A stretch of 64,000 nucleotides of DNA, from the IMG/VR virus record IMGVR_UViG_3300033070_001123; one strand, given 5' to 3'. Source of the stretch: a virus. Its lineage: Duplodnaviria; Heunggongvirae; Uroviricota; Caudoviricetes. Both the position numbers and the translations under genes were made by a program. Below are positions 1 to 9,513 of this stretch, in pieces; within the stretch, counting starts at the first letter, position 1, and every line of letters begins with the position of its first letter. The notes under the pieces are model-generated. The model searched no databases. It saw only the letters and a list, made by a program, of their open reading frames with translations, and was not told where the DNA came from.

Positions 1-652
1 CAAACTTGTCGGTCGGATAAATCTCAACAGTTCCAGAAACCCTACAACGAGATTCTAGATACTTTTCAACCCTTGTTATGTAAACATTCCCATTATCATG
101 ATAATAGTAATCCCTATCAAAAAGCTCTTGCCTCATTGGTCTATTGAGTACGTCATAAGTTGGAGTATAAGCATGACCAACTCCTGTTTTCTTCCAAAAG
201 AAAGGAGTTGAAGCGGTAACTGTTAATAAGCTATCAGCATTCGTATCAATAAGCTTATCAAAGCATTTATCTATCAATCCATTTCTTCTTGCAGGAGACG
301 TTGCCTGCAACATAACTAAATAGCTAAAATCAGAATAATACGGATAGTTGTTAAACAAATGACTAATAGCTTGCTCAGTCTTACTTGTCGCAGAGCAAAG
401 TTCTGCCGGTCTTTCAATCGCCCTAAATACCTTCTCTGTATGTTCAGAAGCAAACTTGTTAAATACTTCAAAAACCAAAGGGTCAATTGCTGAAACAACT
501 ATTTCATCTATGTACTTACTTTGTGTTGCAGCAAGTAATGTCCACTCTAAAAGAGAGTGTTGACCAATCTTTTTGAACATCTTTCCGGGAAGACCAATAG
601 AAGCCGTCTTGCCAGGAATGAACGCTATTACTTTTGATTTGTCGGGGAGCAT
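1..652 (-). CDS. neuA: Acylneuraminate (CMP-nonulosonate) cytidylyltransferase, NeuA/PseF-like; 3' end runs off the window
   Basis: Not in the ORF track. Manual translation from ATG at 652 gives MLPDKSKVIAFIPGKTASIGLPGKMFKKIGQHSLLEWTLLAATQSKYIDEIVVS...ERPAELCS...LQATSPARR...RPMRQE...DNGNVY, which carries the family motifs. Confidence 0.85.
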   Translation of the reverse strand, partial: MLPDKSKVIAFIPGKTASIGLPGKMFKKIGQHSLLEWTLLAATQSKYIDEIVVSAIDPLVFEVFNKFASEHTEKVFRAIERPAELCSATSKTEQAISHLFNNYPYYSDFSYLVMLQATSPARRNGLIDKCFDKLIDTNADSLLTVTASTPFFWKKTGVGHAYTPTYDVLNRPMRQELFDRDYYYHDNGNVYITRVEKYLESRCRVSGTVEIYPTDKF

Positions 653-1086
653 ACTTCAATCAACATATTGGGAACAAATTCAGGTAAAGGGCTAAAGCAA
701 TCTTCCAAATACTCATACGCCTTATTCAGTCTAATCGAGGGAGGCTCTTGTGATGTAATAATTTCCAACAACTTATGAATACAAGCTTCGGCTCTATTCT
801 CGCAAACTGAACTCTTAGGCTTTTCTTTTTCCTTTTCCTTTTTAGGACAAGCTTCGGTTAGACGCCTTCTTTGCTCTTCCCAAGCCTCCTTATTCAAGGC
901 CTCAAACTCTTTCTTCTTATCATGTAACCTTCTCGAAAACTCTTCTGCGTCTTCGAACATTTTAGCAAACTTATCAAACTGAAGTTTGACAATTTGCTCT
1001 CTCAATTTCTTTTTTGATAACTTCTTAGAATTCTTTTTTCGACTAGAAGTTTTCCTTACTGACTTTTTGTTTTGCGTCTTCTTCAT
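628..1086 (-). CDS. Hypothetical protein with Lys-rich N-terminus and coiled coil
   Basis: 152-aa ORF overlapping both neighbours. Confidence 0.7.
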   Translation of the reverse strand: MKKTQNKKSVRKTSSRKKNSKKLSKKKLREQIVKLQFDKFAKMFEDAEEFSRRLHDKKKEFEALNKEAWEEQRRRLTEACPKKEKEKEKPKSSVCENRAEACIHKLLEIITSQEPPSIRLNKAYEYLEDCFSPLPEFVPNMLIEVCSPTNQK

Positions 1087-1838
1087 TTCTTTCTATCTCC
1101 ATATGTTTTAAGAACTTCGGACAAACTAATTCTTGGAAAAACCTCAACAATTCCACCCGAGGCATTAAGAATTCTTCCTTGCATCAGACTTGGGTTCATT
1201 TCAGCAAAATGATTCCAATACAAGTCATATGCAACACAGTGATTATCGACAGGTTTATCTCTGAGCAACCCTCGATTCGGTGTTGAAAATATACGATTGT
1301 TATACTCTATAGCCTTGGGTTGATTAGGAAACTGCCAGTAATACCTATTTCTTCCTTCATAACAACCATCCATACCAAGAAGAACAATAGGATCGCATCC
1401 CATAATATAAGCAATATGCATCGCTGAAGCAGCAGACGTTCTTGCTCCCATAATTGGCTTTTCTGGATCGTCCGTCATAACAACATTCTCTTTATGGTAA
1501 ATCAACCCGTTTGGACCTGAAGAGGCCCATCCTACATGATCATAAAAGAGAACTTCTTCTGGCCTAAAAATAGACTCATGACCTTGAAGCTTTTCCCTAT
1601 AAAGAAGCTTCATGCACTTGCTTTGCTTAGCCGTTACTTGCCAATAGTTCCAACTACAAACGCCATTATCATCGGTTACAAAATAATCGCAGTTAGGAAA
1701 CTTCAACAAACCAGAGTTAGACGTAAAAACAACATAATCTTTTAGGCTGTCTGTTTCAACATGCCGCAAAGAAGGGCCTGCGCCAACGATAAAACCAAGC
1801 TTACCTTTGTGTTTGTCCTTAAAGTCCCTTAGATGCAT
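1083..1838 (-). CDS. DUF115/Maf-like (sialyltransferase-type fold) glycosyltransferase
   Basis: FIVGAGPSL, VFTSN, DYFVTDD and AYIMGCDPIVLLGMDG motifs; close to the NeuA-like gene. Confidence 0.7.
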   Translation of the reverse strand: MHLRDFKDKHKGKLGFIVGAGPSLRHVETDSLKDYVVFTSNSGLLKFPNCDYFVTDDNGVCSWNYWQVTAKQSKCMKLLYREKLQGHESIFRPEEVLFYDHVGWASSGPNGLIYHKENVVMTDDPEKPIMGARTSAASAMHIAYIMGCDPIVLLGMDGCYEGRNRYYWQFPNQPKAIEYNNRIFSTPNRGLLRDKPVDNHCVAYDLYWNHFAEMNPSLMQGRILNASGGIVEVFPRISLSEVLKTYGDRKK

Positions 1839-2819
1839 TCAAAACTCCTATTACTTCTTCTTCTCTTATAAGGCGGTTCTTCGCCATATTCAAATACTCT
1901 TGTTTACCATCTATTCCAATGAACTTCCGCCCATTTTGCAAGGCTATAACACCTGTCGTACCTGAACCACAGAAAATATCAAGAACCACGCTTTTGTCAA
2001 CTTCATTTGTTTCGCAACTACAAGTTTTCAACCATCCGACAGTCTTTGTATCAGTTAGATGCCTTCCCGAATCCCTATTTGCAAAACCCTTCTTATCAAC
2101 CTTATTATGTATGCCAGGGCGAGTTGAATAGCGATTTTTCTGAACTTGTCTCTCATAAGGAGAACCGCATACTTTACAACAACCATGACCGCTAGTTGAA
2201 GCCAAAATACAAGGCTCAACCAAGCCTTGAGGAAAAACAGCAAAATGAGCGCCCTTAAAAGACGCAACAGGGACAGTCCAAACGTCCCTCTTAATTCGTC
2301 TCTTAAAAGAACCATCAGAATTACGCTCAACAGCGTTTTCTTTTATAGACTCTTGATCATAATAATAGTTTTCAGACTTACCAAGAAGAAACAAATACTC
2401 ATGCGAAGAAACAGGTCTATCTGTGACTCCTCCAGGTAAAGGATTGGGTTTGGCCCAAATTATATCGCTTCTCAAAAACCAACCGTCTTTTCTCAAAGCA
2501 AAAGCAAGCATCCAGGGAATCCCTAAAAGATCTCCCTTCTTATATCCTTCGCCGGAAGTTCTTGCGTAAGTATCGCCTATATTAAGCCATACAGTTCCGT
2601 CATTTCTAAGAACACGTTTAGCGGCAGAAAACACGCTAACAAGCTTAGCTATATATTCGTCAGGAGTCTTTTCAAGACCAATCTGATCTTGAAAGTCATA
2701 ATCTCGCAACTGATAATAAGCTAATAGGGCGGAGAAGTCACAATAGCATGAACGCTATTGGGACTCATTCCGCCCAACACTCCTTCCGTATCACCGCATA
2801 ATAATTCATAGTTTGCCAT
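1819..2819 (-). CDS. Beta-class N4-C/N6-A DNA methyltransferase, interrupted by an 8-nt stop-containing gap right after SPPY (recoded gene or pseudogene)
   Basis: 2819-2724 encodes MANYELLCGDTEGVLGGMSPNSVHAIVTSPPY, then TAG. A different frame from 2715 continues YQLRDY...WLNIGDTY...IIWAKPNP...HFAVFP...VLDIFCGSGTTG. Confidence 0.85.
2716..2723 (-). other. 8-nt coding gap TAGCTTAT (TAT take-off, TAG stop, TAT landing)
   Basis: Minus strand reads CCG CCC TAT|TAG CT TAT|TAT CAG TTG CGA GAT TAT; removing 8 nt restores SPPYYQLRDY. Confidence 0.7.
2741..2760 (-). other. mRNA hairpin just upstream of the coding gap
   Basis: CAAUAGCG-UUCA-UGCUAUUG: 7 Watson-Crick pairs, one G-U pair, tetraloop. Confidence 0.45.
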
Positions 2820-2877
2820 AAAGGGATTATCGACCATATGAAAGAAATAGTAAAATATACTGTTATACGGAGGATGT

Positions 2878-3615
2878 ATGAAGAACGAAACCTTAGCCTA
2901 TCTGGCAGGAGCAATGGACTCTGATGGTTGGTTTTCAATAAAAAAATCAGATTACAAAACAAGAGTCATCAAAGACTGTTATTATCCTACTTATCAAGCA
3001 AAAGTTGGACTAAAACAAGTAACTCCTCAAATTCCAAATCTATTACACTCCATTTTTAGAGGTAGCCTGAGAAAAGAAAAAGGACAATCAGAAAACAGCA
3101 AAGAACTCTTTGTTTTTGAATGTAACAATCAGCAAGCTATTGCTTTCTGTAAAACCTTGCTTCCTTTTCTTGTTGTAAAGAAACAACAAGCCAAAATTAT
3201 TCTAGAATTAGAAGAGACCAGAAATCGCAAGTATCTAATGCACAGTTACTGGTTCAGTCAAAAATATCCAAACTGGAAAAATGACGAACTTCTTAGTAGC
3301 CAAGAAGTTTGTCATATCTTGGGGTACAAAAATCTAAGCTCAGTATCTCAAGCAGTAAAAAACGGCCTTTTACTTTCTGTGAAAGGAGCTTATCACTTAG
3401 CCAGTAAACCTCGTATACCTAAAAAACTTGTTGAAATAGTCTTAGAAGAGCAAAGAAAAGGGAAAGACGGGAGGGTTAGAACTTCTCCACAAGAAGTTGT
3501 AGAATGGAGGGAGCGATTATACAAACAAGTAAGAGAACTAAATAAAATAGGCATTCATGGTACGGAAGTTTACTTCCGTACAGGATATCATACCAGAAAA
3601 GATGGGGCTATTTAA
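2878..3615 (+). mobile_element. Free-standing single-motif LAGLIDADG homing endonuclease with an HTH-like insertion
   Basis: LAYLAGAMDSDG, LLPFLVVKKQQA, SQEVCHILG...SVSQAVKNG; GGAGG SD; opposite strand to all neighbours. Confidence 0.85.
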
Positions 3616-3635
3616 TTTCTTTGTCTTGTCAATAT

Positions 3636-6600
3636 TTATCTTGCGCGGATCGTTCTTATTGTATTAGCAAGCCCTGATTCTTGAAGAAAACGACTCTTTT
3701 TAGTCGGCTCGAAAGATATACCGCCATTCTTGAATCGCTGCATTCTCGTATCCGCAAAAGAAACAATCAATCTTTGTTGCGCTCTTGTCATTCCAACATA
3801 ACAAAGTCTTCGCTCTTCGTCTAAGCCGTCTCTTTCCATCAAGGCTCGCTTATGAGGAAGCTGACCTTCTTCAAGACCAGGCATAAATACGACAGGGAAC
3901 TCCAAGCCCTTTGAGGCGTGAAGAGACATTAGAGAAACAGTATTCTCTTCCGTATCCTTATCAGACGAGGTTTGCAAAGCTATGTTATTCAAGTATCCAG
4001 CAATATCGTTATTTCTCTTTTCTGTATACAAAGCGCAAGCATTGATAAGTTCTTGAACGTTATCCTTCCTGTCGTCAAGTTCTTTTGTTTCGTACTTAGA
4101 CTCAAGATAACGATAGTAACCCAATCGAACAACGATATTATCCAAAACATCGCCTATTGACATACCAGTTCTGTCAAACGAAAACGCTGCATGGATTTCT
4201 TCGCATCCCTGTATAACCCTTGCTTTATCATTGCCAGAGGCAAACTCTCTAACCCGCTTCATGGCCTCCATAAGATTGATACCTTGATCGTTAGCAAAAT
4301 TCTCAATCTTACCCAAAGATACTTCTCCGATTCGGCGAGAAGGCTTATTGATGAAACGAGATAAAGCAGTTCCATCAAGAGGATTAACAATGAACCGCAA
4401 CATTGCAAGACAGTCTCGGATCTCAGAACGGTCAAAGAAGCTAAAGCCTCCAATAACTTGATAAGTTACGCCAACAGCCATAAGACCCTGCTCAATAGCT
4501 CTCGACATCGCATTAATTCTATACAGAACCGCAAAATCATGCGGCTTATAACCTTCGTTGTCAATCATATGCTTAATACGATGAGCAATCCATGCCCCTT
4601 CCTGCTCTGGCGTTGGTAGACAAATGCATTCAACAGGCTGTCCGCTTTCATTACCCGTCTTGAATTCAAGAGTTTGCTGACGGTTCTTATTGTGCTTTAT
4701 AAGCGTTGAAGCAACTTTGACAATCTCTGGCGTTGATCGATAGTTATGAGGTAGGTTAACAACCTTCGCCTTGTTGATGTTGATGAAATCTTCTATGTTC
4801 TTGTAACGAGCGCCACGCCAAGAGTAGATACCTTGGTCCGGGTCTCCAACTATAAGAACATTATTATGAGCGCCAATTAACTGAACAATTCTAAACTGAG
4901 CAAAGTTTGTATCTTGAGCTTCGTCAACCTGAATAAAATCAAAACGAGTTTGTAACTTACAAAGAACAGAACCGTCCTTTTCAAGGAGTCTAATAGTTTC
5001 AGACAACAAACCACTGAAATCTATCTGGTTGTTCTTTCTCATACGAAGAACATACTCTCTGCAAACCTCGCCTTCGGCTTCGTGCTTGAAATGAGAAGGA
5101 AAATCGTCCTCAGAAATAAGGTTTTCTCGAAGTTCATTAGCCTTCCAAATAAGGCTCTTTATTTGCTGCGCATTCCATTCATGGCCCGCTTGTCTAGCGC
5201 ACTGAGCCATTAGGCCTTCTTGATCTTCGTCGTCAAGAATAGTGGTATTGAGTCCATAACCGATATAGGAGCCATACTTCCTGATAATGGTTGCGCAAAG
5301 AGCGTGGAAAGTGCTTATATAGACTTCTTGACCTTGCGTTTCGCCAAGCTGCTTACAAACTCTTTCCTTCATTTCGTTTGCAGCTTTATTGGTGAATGTT
5401 ATGCAAAGAATAGAACGGGGGCTATAACCCTTCTCAATAAGGCGAATAACTCTTTCAACAATAACACGAGTATTATGGTTTACAAACCCATTGGCAACAA
5501 AATTATGTGAACCCTCAATAAAATAGTCATAAACATGCTGAGGCCCACCATCAACCACAGATTCAACCGGACTAAATCCAAAATTGTCTACCAAAAACCT
5601 CAATTGATCCAAAGCAATACAATTAATATTGGCAACTTCACAAGCAGATATTAGTTTATAAGCTGCCGTTTCAGTTAAACCTCGTAATACAGCTTTGGAT
5701 TTTGAACAATATCTTATGAGCCTAACAAAATCTCCGTTGATATCATAAAAATTAGAAGTTTTAGGATCGTAGTTTTCCGGTTTTTGTAATTTTACTTTAC
5801 TATAAATTTGAGAAACCAAATAATCTGCAAAAGGTATAATTCTGTTGGGATTAGAAATCTTGCAACAAATTTCTCTGAGTTGTTTCTGTTTTCTAGGAAG
5901 TCTAAAACCTATATTCTTCTCAAATCTACGCATATCTTCGCCTGAAATATGTAAACGATAATATAAAGATCCATCAACTTCTTTTGTTTTTAGCGAAGAA
6001 AACACTCCAAATCTCAAAAGAATAGTTTGAAGCTGCTCTATAAGCTTTTGAGAACAAAGACATATTTCAACATTATTTCCGCTAACATACCCATCAGTAT
6101 CAAACAGCCCTTGTATAAAGCTGCCTATCTCTCCTCTTCCAGCAGATAGCATTTGCGATGTCATCCTCTTATCGCAAGCCAAACTAAAAAAATCACCAAA
6201 TATATCTTGTAATTGCTTTTTTATATCCTTAGAACAGATAACTAAAGATCTAAGACCGATTCGCCTCTTATCATAGTAAACATTTACAGTATAATCAAAT
6301 CGTTCTCTAAAGAACTGAGTAAACGAGGCTTGAATTTCATCATCATTAGTTGTTATGCTAAGTTCATTTTTTCTTACCAAATAACCATCACCAAACATCA
6401 ACCCAAGAACATACCAAACATCATAAAATTTTGGATGGCGTATTATAGGATTATCAGATTGCTTCTCCATTTGAAGAACCGCAATATCCCCAACTTGGAT
6501 ATCCTCAAGCTTTTTCCATTCTAGTTCACATTTCCTATTTAATATAGCAATAGGATGATGGTGAGTTCCCTGGATAGAATAACCTTGTTCAGTTGTAACT

Positions 6601-6896
6601 TTAAGAGTGGATTTAATGCCGGAGTCAACAAAATTTGTGATTTTTATAGAACGATAATTACTTTGATTCAAAGATTCTGAATCAAACGCTCTAATCCAAT
6701 CAACCTTGCTATTATCAATAGTAGAAAATCCGTCGTCAAGAACAACGATAGAATCTCCAGTTATGCACTTCCCAGAGCCAGGGCAGGCGCATACAAAACA
6801 CGGTCCCATGACATGCTCAACGGCTTCTAGCTGTTCAGGGTTTAGGCTGATTTTTCTTCGAACACCCTCCGCAGGGACGCTTTGATTGCTGCTCAT
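3636..6896 (-). CDS. uvrD: UvrD/PcrA SF1 DNA helicase containing an intein
   Basis: LNPEQ, ACPGSGK/T, ITFTNKAA, STFHAL, VDEAQDTN, VGDPDQGIYSWRGA, NYRS, HASKGLEF, EERRLCYVGMTRA. Confidence 0.95.
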   Translation of the reverse strand: MSSNQSVPAEGVRRKISLNPEQLEAVEHVMGPCFVCACPGSGKCITGDSIVVLDDGFSTIDNSKVDWIRAFDSESLNQSNYRSIKITNFVDSGIKSTLKVTTEQGYSIQGTHHHPIAILNRKCELEWKKLEDIQVGDIAVLQMEKQSDNPIIRHPKFYDVWYVLGLMFGDGYLVRKNELSITTNDDEIQASFTQFFRERFDYTVNVYYDKRRIGLRSLVICSKDIKKQLQDIFGDFFSLACDKRMTSQMLSAGRGEIGSFIQGLFDTDGYVSGNNVEICLCSQKLIEQLQTILLRFGVFSSLKTKEVDGSLYYRLHISGEDMRRFEKNIGFRLPRKQKQLREICCKISNPNRIIPFADYLVSQIYSKVKLQKPENYDPKTSNFYDINGDFVRLIRYCSKSKAVLRGLTETAAYKLISACEVANINCIALDQLRFLVDNFGFSPVESVVDGGPQHVYDYFIEGSHNFVANGFVNHNTRVIVERVIRLIEKGYSPRSILCITFTNKAANEMKERVCKQLGETQGQEVYISTFHALCATIIRKYGSYIGYGLNTTILDDEDQEGLMAQCARQAGHEWNAQQIKSLIWKANELRENLISEDDFPSHFKHEAEGEVCREYVLRMRKNNQIDFSGLLSETIRLLEKDGSVLCKLQTRFDFIQVDEAQDTNFAQFRIVQLIGAHNNVLIVGDPDQGIYSWRGARYKNIEDFININKAKVVNLPHNYRSTPEIVKVASTLIKHNKNRQQTLEFKTGNESGQPVECICLPTPEQEGAWIAHRIKHMIDNEGYKPHDFAVLYRINAMSRAIEQGLMAVGVTYQVIGGFSFFDRSEIRDCLAMLRFIVNPLDGTALSRFINKPSRRIGEVSLGKIENFANDQGINLMEAMKRVREFASGNDKARVIQGCEEIHAAFSFDRTGMSIGDVLDNIVVRLGYYRYLESKYETKELDDRKDNVQELINACALYTEKRNNDIAGYLNNIALQTSSDKDTEENTVSLMSLHASKGLEFPVVFMPGLEEGQLPHKRALMERDGLDEERRLCYVGMTRAQQRLIVSFADTRMQRFKNGGISFEPTKKSRFLQESGLANTIRTIRAR
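5472..6767 (-). mobile_element. Intein (432 aa) with LAGLIDADG endonuclease, in the UvrD Walker A motif
   Basis: GSGK|CITGDS...GTHHHP...LGLMFGDG...FIQGLFDTDG...HNFVANGFVNHN|T. Confidence 0.95.
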
Positions 6897-7239
6897 GAAC
6901 GGACCTCATTACTTCTTGATGACCTACAACCTTATTCGCAACGCTTGCGTTCATTTTGAAGAACTCTTCCAATTGTTTTGTATGCTCTCTAGCCTTCTCT
7001 ATAAAAGCAATTGGACTAGTGTAACCTATATGAGTATGAAAAACCTTTCCGCTTTCAGAATATCTTGCCTGTATATGCGGAAGTTCGTCTACATTATAGG
7101 TATCGCATAATGCTTCATTTTCAGCAGCATCAGCATCAACATACTCATACGCAATATCATGGTACTGGAAAGCCTTAACTAGAGCTTGGCATCGCTCGCA
7201 TTCTGGCGAACCAAAAATTCGTATAGTAAATGAACTCAT
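6835..7239 (-). CDS. Thioredoxin/glutaredoxin-fold protein
   Basis: IRIFGSPECERC, YVDAD, YNVDELP; likely start MSSFTI at 7239, right after the upstream stop. Confidence 0.7.
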   Translation of the reverse strand: MSSFTIRIFGSPECERCQALVKAFQYHDIAYEYVDADAAENEALCDTYNVDELPHIQARYSESGKVFHTHIGYTSPIAFIEKAREHTKQLEEFFKMNASVANKVVGHQEVMRSVHEQQSKRPCGGCSKKNQPKP

Positions 7240-7240
7240 G

Positions 7241-7591
7241 TTACCCTCTTTCGGCATTTTTTCTTGAAACCCCAAAGTATTCACGAAGGCCGTCACTAAG
7301 CCCTTGATATTCAGCAATAGCAGCAGGCTTTGGCAGGCTAGGTTCTTCGTCTATGACAAAATTAATGTCTTTACCAGTCATATCTGAACAAAACTTGTGA
7401 AGCATTTCTGTGGTTGCCTTGCCTTTGATATTAAGACAAGAAAGAAGATCTACACTAGGCCAAACATAAGTCTGCTCTACTCCTGAATCAGCAAACTTCA
7501 AAGTCCAGCTAATAAGATCGGCATGCTCAAGATACTTGCCTTCAATAACTTTAGCCTTCCTTGGAGGAAGCATCTTCTTTGGCTTGCTCAC
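7241..7591 (-). CDS. Hypothetical protein
   Basis: 116-aa ORF within the operon. Confidence 0.65.
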   Translation of the reverse strand: MSKPKKMLPPRKAKVIEGKYLEHADLISWTLKFADSGVEQTYVWPSVDLLSCLNIKGKATTEMLHKFCSDMTGKDINFVIDEEPSLPKPAAIAEYQGLSDGLREYFGVSRKNAERG

Positions 7592-8312
7592 GTTTCTGCT
7601 CCTTGAACTTCTTCAACATGCCCATCATTCTTTGAATGACTCGCTCCTTATCAATCTTAGAGCCGCCAACTCGTATTTCCGAAAGCTTATACAAATTCTC
7701 TTCGCCTAAAAGATGAATAAGGATATGATCGTGATAGGTTCTATAAGAACCTCCGTCGTCGTCAGAAATCAAATCAGGCTTCACGCCCATTTTCATTTCT
7801 ATCGACTTAAGTTCTAGCCACCAATTGTCCGTGTCTTTCTTTGTAACCTTTCTACCGTCAACAGTAGAAACAAGATTACATTGCTCTCGAACGTCAGGAT
7901 AAATGACTTTCAACCGCTCATATCTTGGCTTGAACTCTTCTTCTGGAATAATACCATAAACCCTACAGTTAAAAGGCCTTGTTTCATGTTGAGCGCACAT
8001 ATTCGTTTCTTTGTTCAAGAAAACGCAGCCCTTATCTTCATTTGGATAAAGATACTTTCTCAAGCATCTTTCTATCAACGATTCAAAATCACCATCAGAA
8101 AAAGAAGATGTTACATTCTTCCATGTATTCAAAAACTCTGAATACAAAACCTGTGGAGTCTGCATTCGGCAACACCAAGCGCCGCAACCGCCCTCTGACT
8201 CAGGCTTTCCTATATGCTCCATGCAGCCTTTTGTATCTGGAATTTTACTGTATAGAACATTTAAGGAAACTCTAGCTTCCTTTTCTTTTTTAGGTGTAAC
8301 CGAATAAAGCAT
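7551..8312 (-). CDS. YkgJ/CxxCxxCC family zinc- or iron-chelating protein
   Basis: GCGAWCC, CVFLN, CAQHETRPFNCRVYG. Confidence 0.75.
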   Translation of the reverse strand: MLYSVTPKKEKEARVSLNVLYSKIPDTKGCMEHIGKPESEGGCGAWCCRMQTPQVLYSEFLNTWKNVTSSFSDGDFESLIERCLRKYLYPNEDKGCVFLNKETNMCAQHETRPFNCRVYGIIPEEEFKPRYERLKVIYPDVREQCNLVSTVDGRKVTKKDTDNWWLELKSIEMKMGVKPDLISDDDGGSYRTYHDHILIHLLGEENLYKLSEIRVGGSKIDKERVIQRMMGMLKKFKEQKREQAKEDASSKEG

Positions 8313-8920
8313 TACTGAAGCTCCCTTTTGTGATTTAGGTTGGGATCAACAAAATCAATTGCAGCCTGAACATTAATACCTTGAGCGTCAATCCCTTCGC
8401 AACAAAAATCAATGATCTTAGGTATCATATCGCCAGGATTATCCGTTAGTTCATTGAAATTCACATCGAAATTGGGCAATCCATATTCTTCTATGAGATT
8501 CTTTCTATGAAGCCTTATAAGAGAATGTATATGCTCTATGAATTCCCTAGTTCTAAAATGACCATATTTTACGAGAGAACTCTTAATTGCGCCTTCTTCT
8601 GGCCTATCTATAGACAAAATTCTACAGTTAGTGTACGGAAGAACATACTTATAGCAAAAAGCTATCTGATACGACTTAAGACCCCAAAGAGGACTCTTAT
8701 TACGCTCCTCAAAGTATGCTCTAAACTCATGTTCTCTCTCAATCGCATCCTCTTTACTTGCTAAAAGTTCAAAAGGAAGGTCTTCAAAATGACCTTTTGG
8801 ATTAAGACGACTTGACCCTCTGAGATTAGACCCCATGTTTATACCAGCGACATGAAGCGCTCCGGCTAAACAAGAGGAACCAGATCCCTGAGGGCCAATT
8901 ATGAATATTGCGCGAGACAT
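8312..8920 (-). CDS. Sulfotransferase-family protein
   Basis: IFIIGPQGSGSSCLAGAL...G.NMG...NPKGHFED...WGLKS. Confidence 0.7.
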   Translation of the reverse strand: MSRAIFIIGPQGSGSSCLAGALHVAGINMGSNLRGSSRLNPKGHFEDLPFELLASKEDAIEREHEFRAYFEERNKSPLWGLKSYQIAFCYKYVLPYTNCRILSIDRPEEGAIKSSLVKYGHFRTREFIEHIHSLIRLHRKNLIEEYGLPNFDVNFNELTDNPGDMIPKIIDFCCEGIDAQGINVQAAIDFVDPNLNHKRELQ

Positions 8921-9504
8921 TAGATTGTTATATTTTGAGGCGCTCTAACAGCAGGAGCCGCAGGAACAACAGGAGCAATGGTTGTTTCTTCCTTGGGGAA
9001 AGAAACGCTGAGAGAAGTCTTATCTTGCTCTTTCTGAACGAAAGGAGAAGTATTATTATTCTCTAGCAACTGATCGAGAAGCTTATTCAAGTCCTTCTTC
9101 TTGAACTTCCAAGAAGTTTCGGAAACCTCGTCAAACTTACCAAGGGCCTGCAAATGGTCTCGAAGTCCTTCGTCGTCAACAATCGTCCATGTTCCCTTTG
9201 AAGAACGAACCTGAACCTTACCAACGCCAGGGAAATCTAAGGTCTTATCCTTATTGCGCTGCATACAAGTCTTGATTGCCTCTTCAAGCTTTTCAGCGTC
9301 AGACTCTTCTTTCTGAATTTGCTCGTCAATAGCAGCGACTCTGCGTTTCTTAAGTTCTTTGAGAAACTCAATCTTCTTTGTCATATTCTGCAAAACAAGT
9401 AGAACGTTTTCTATTTCATACTTGTCCTGAAGCTGCTCAGTACCATTGATGATACCTTCAACTTTCAAGTACGACATTCCTGGTGCTTCATCTTCATAAC
9501 TCAT
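8920..9504 (-). CDS. Gam/Gp157-like DNA-end-protecting protein
   Basis: Coiled coil followed by KTLDFPGVGKVQVRSS...VDDE; lies in the recombination cluster. Confidence 0.5.
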   Translation of the reverse strand: MSYEDEAPGMSYLKVEGIINGTEQLQDKYEIENVLLVLQNMTKKIEFLKELKKRRVAAIDEQIQKEESDAEKLEEAIKTCMQRNKDKTLDFPGVGKVQVRSSKGTWTIVDDEGLRDHLQALGKFDEVSETSWKFKKKDLNKLLDQLLENNNTSPFVQKEQDKTSLSVSFPKEETTIAPVVPAAPAVRAPQNITI

Positions 9505-9513
9505 AAAGGCTCC

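Noticed and set aside
2721-2723. TAG reassignment (alternative genetic code) as the explanation for the methyltransferase stop
   Set aside because: Reading through TAG stays in the wrong frame, TAG ends other genes normally (e.g. 10864, 21158), and coding density under code 11 is already high.
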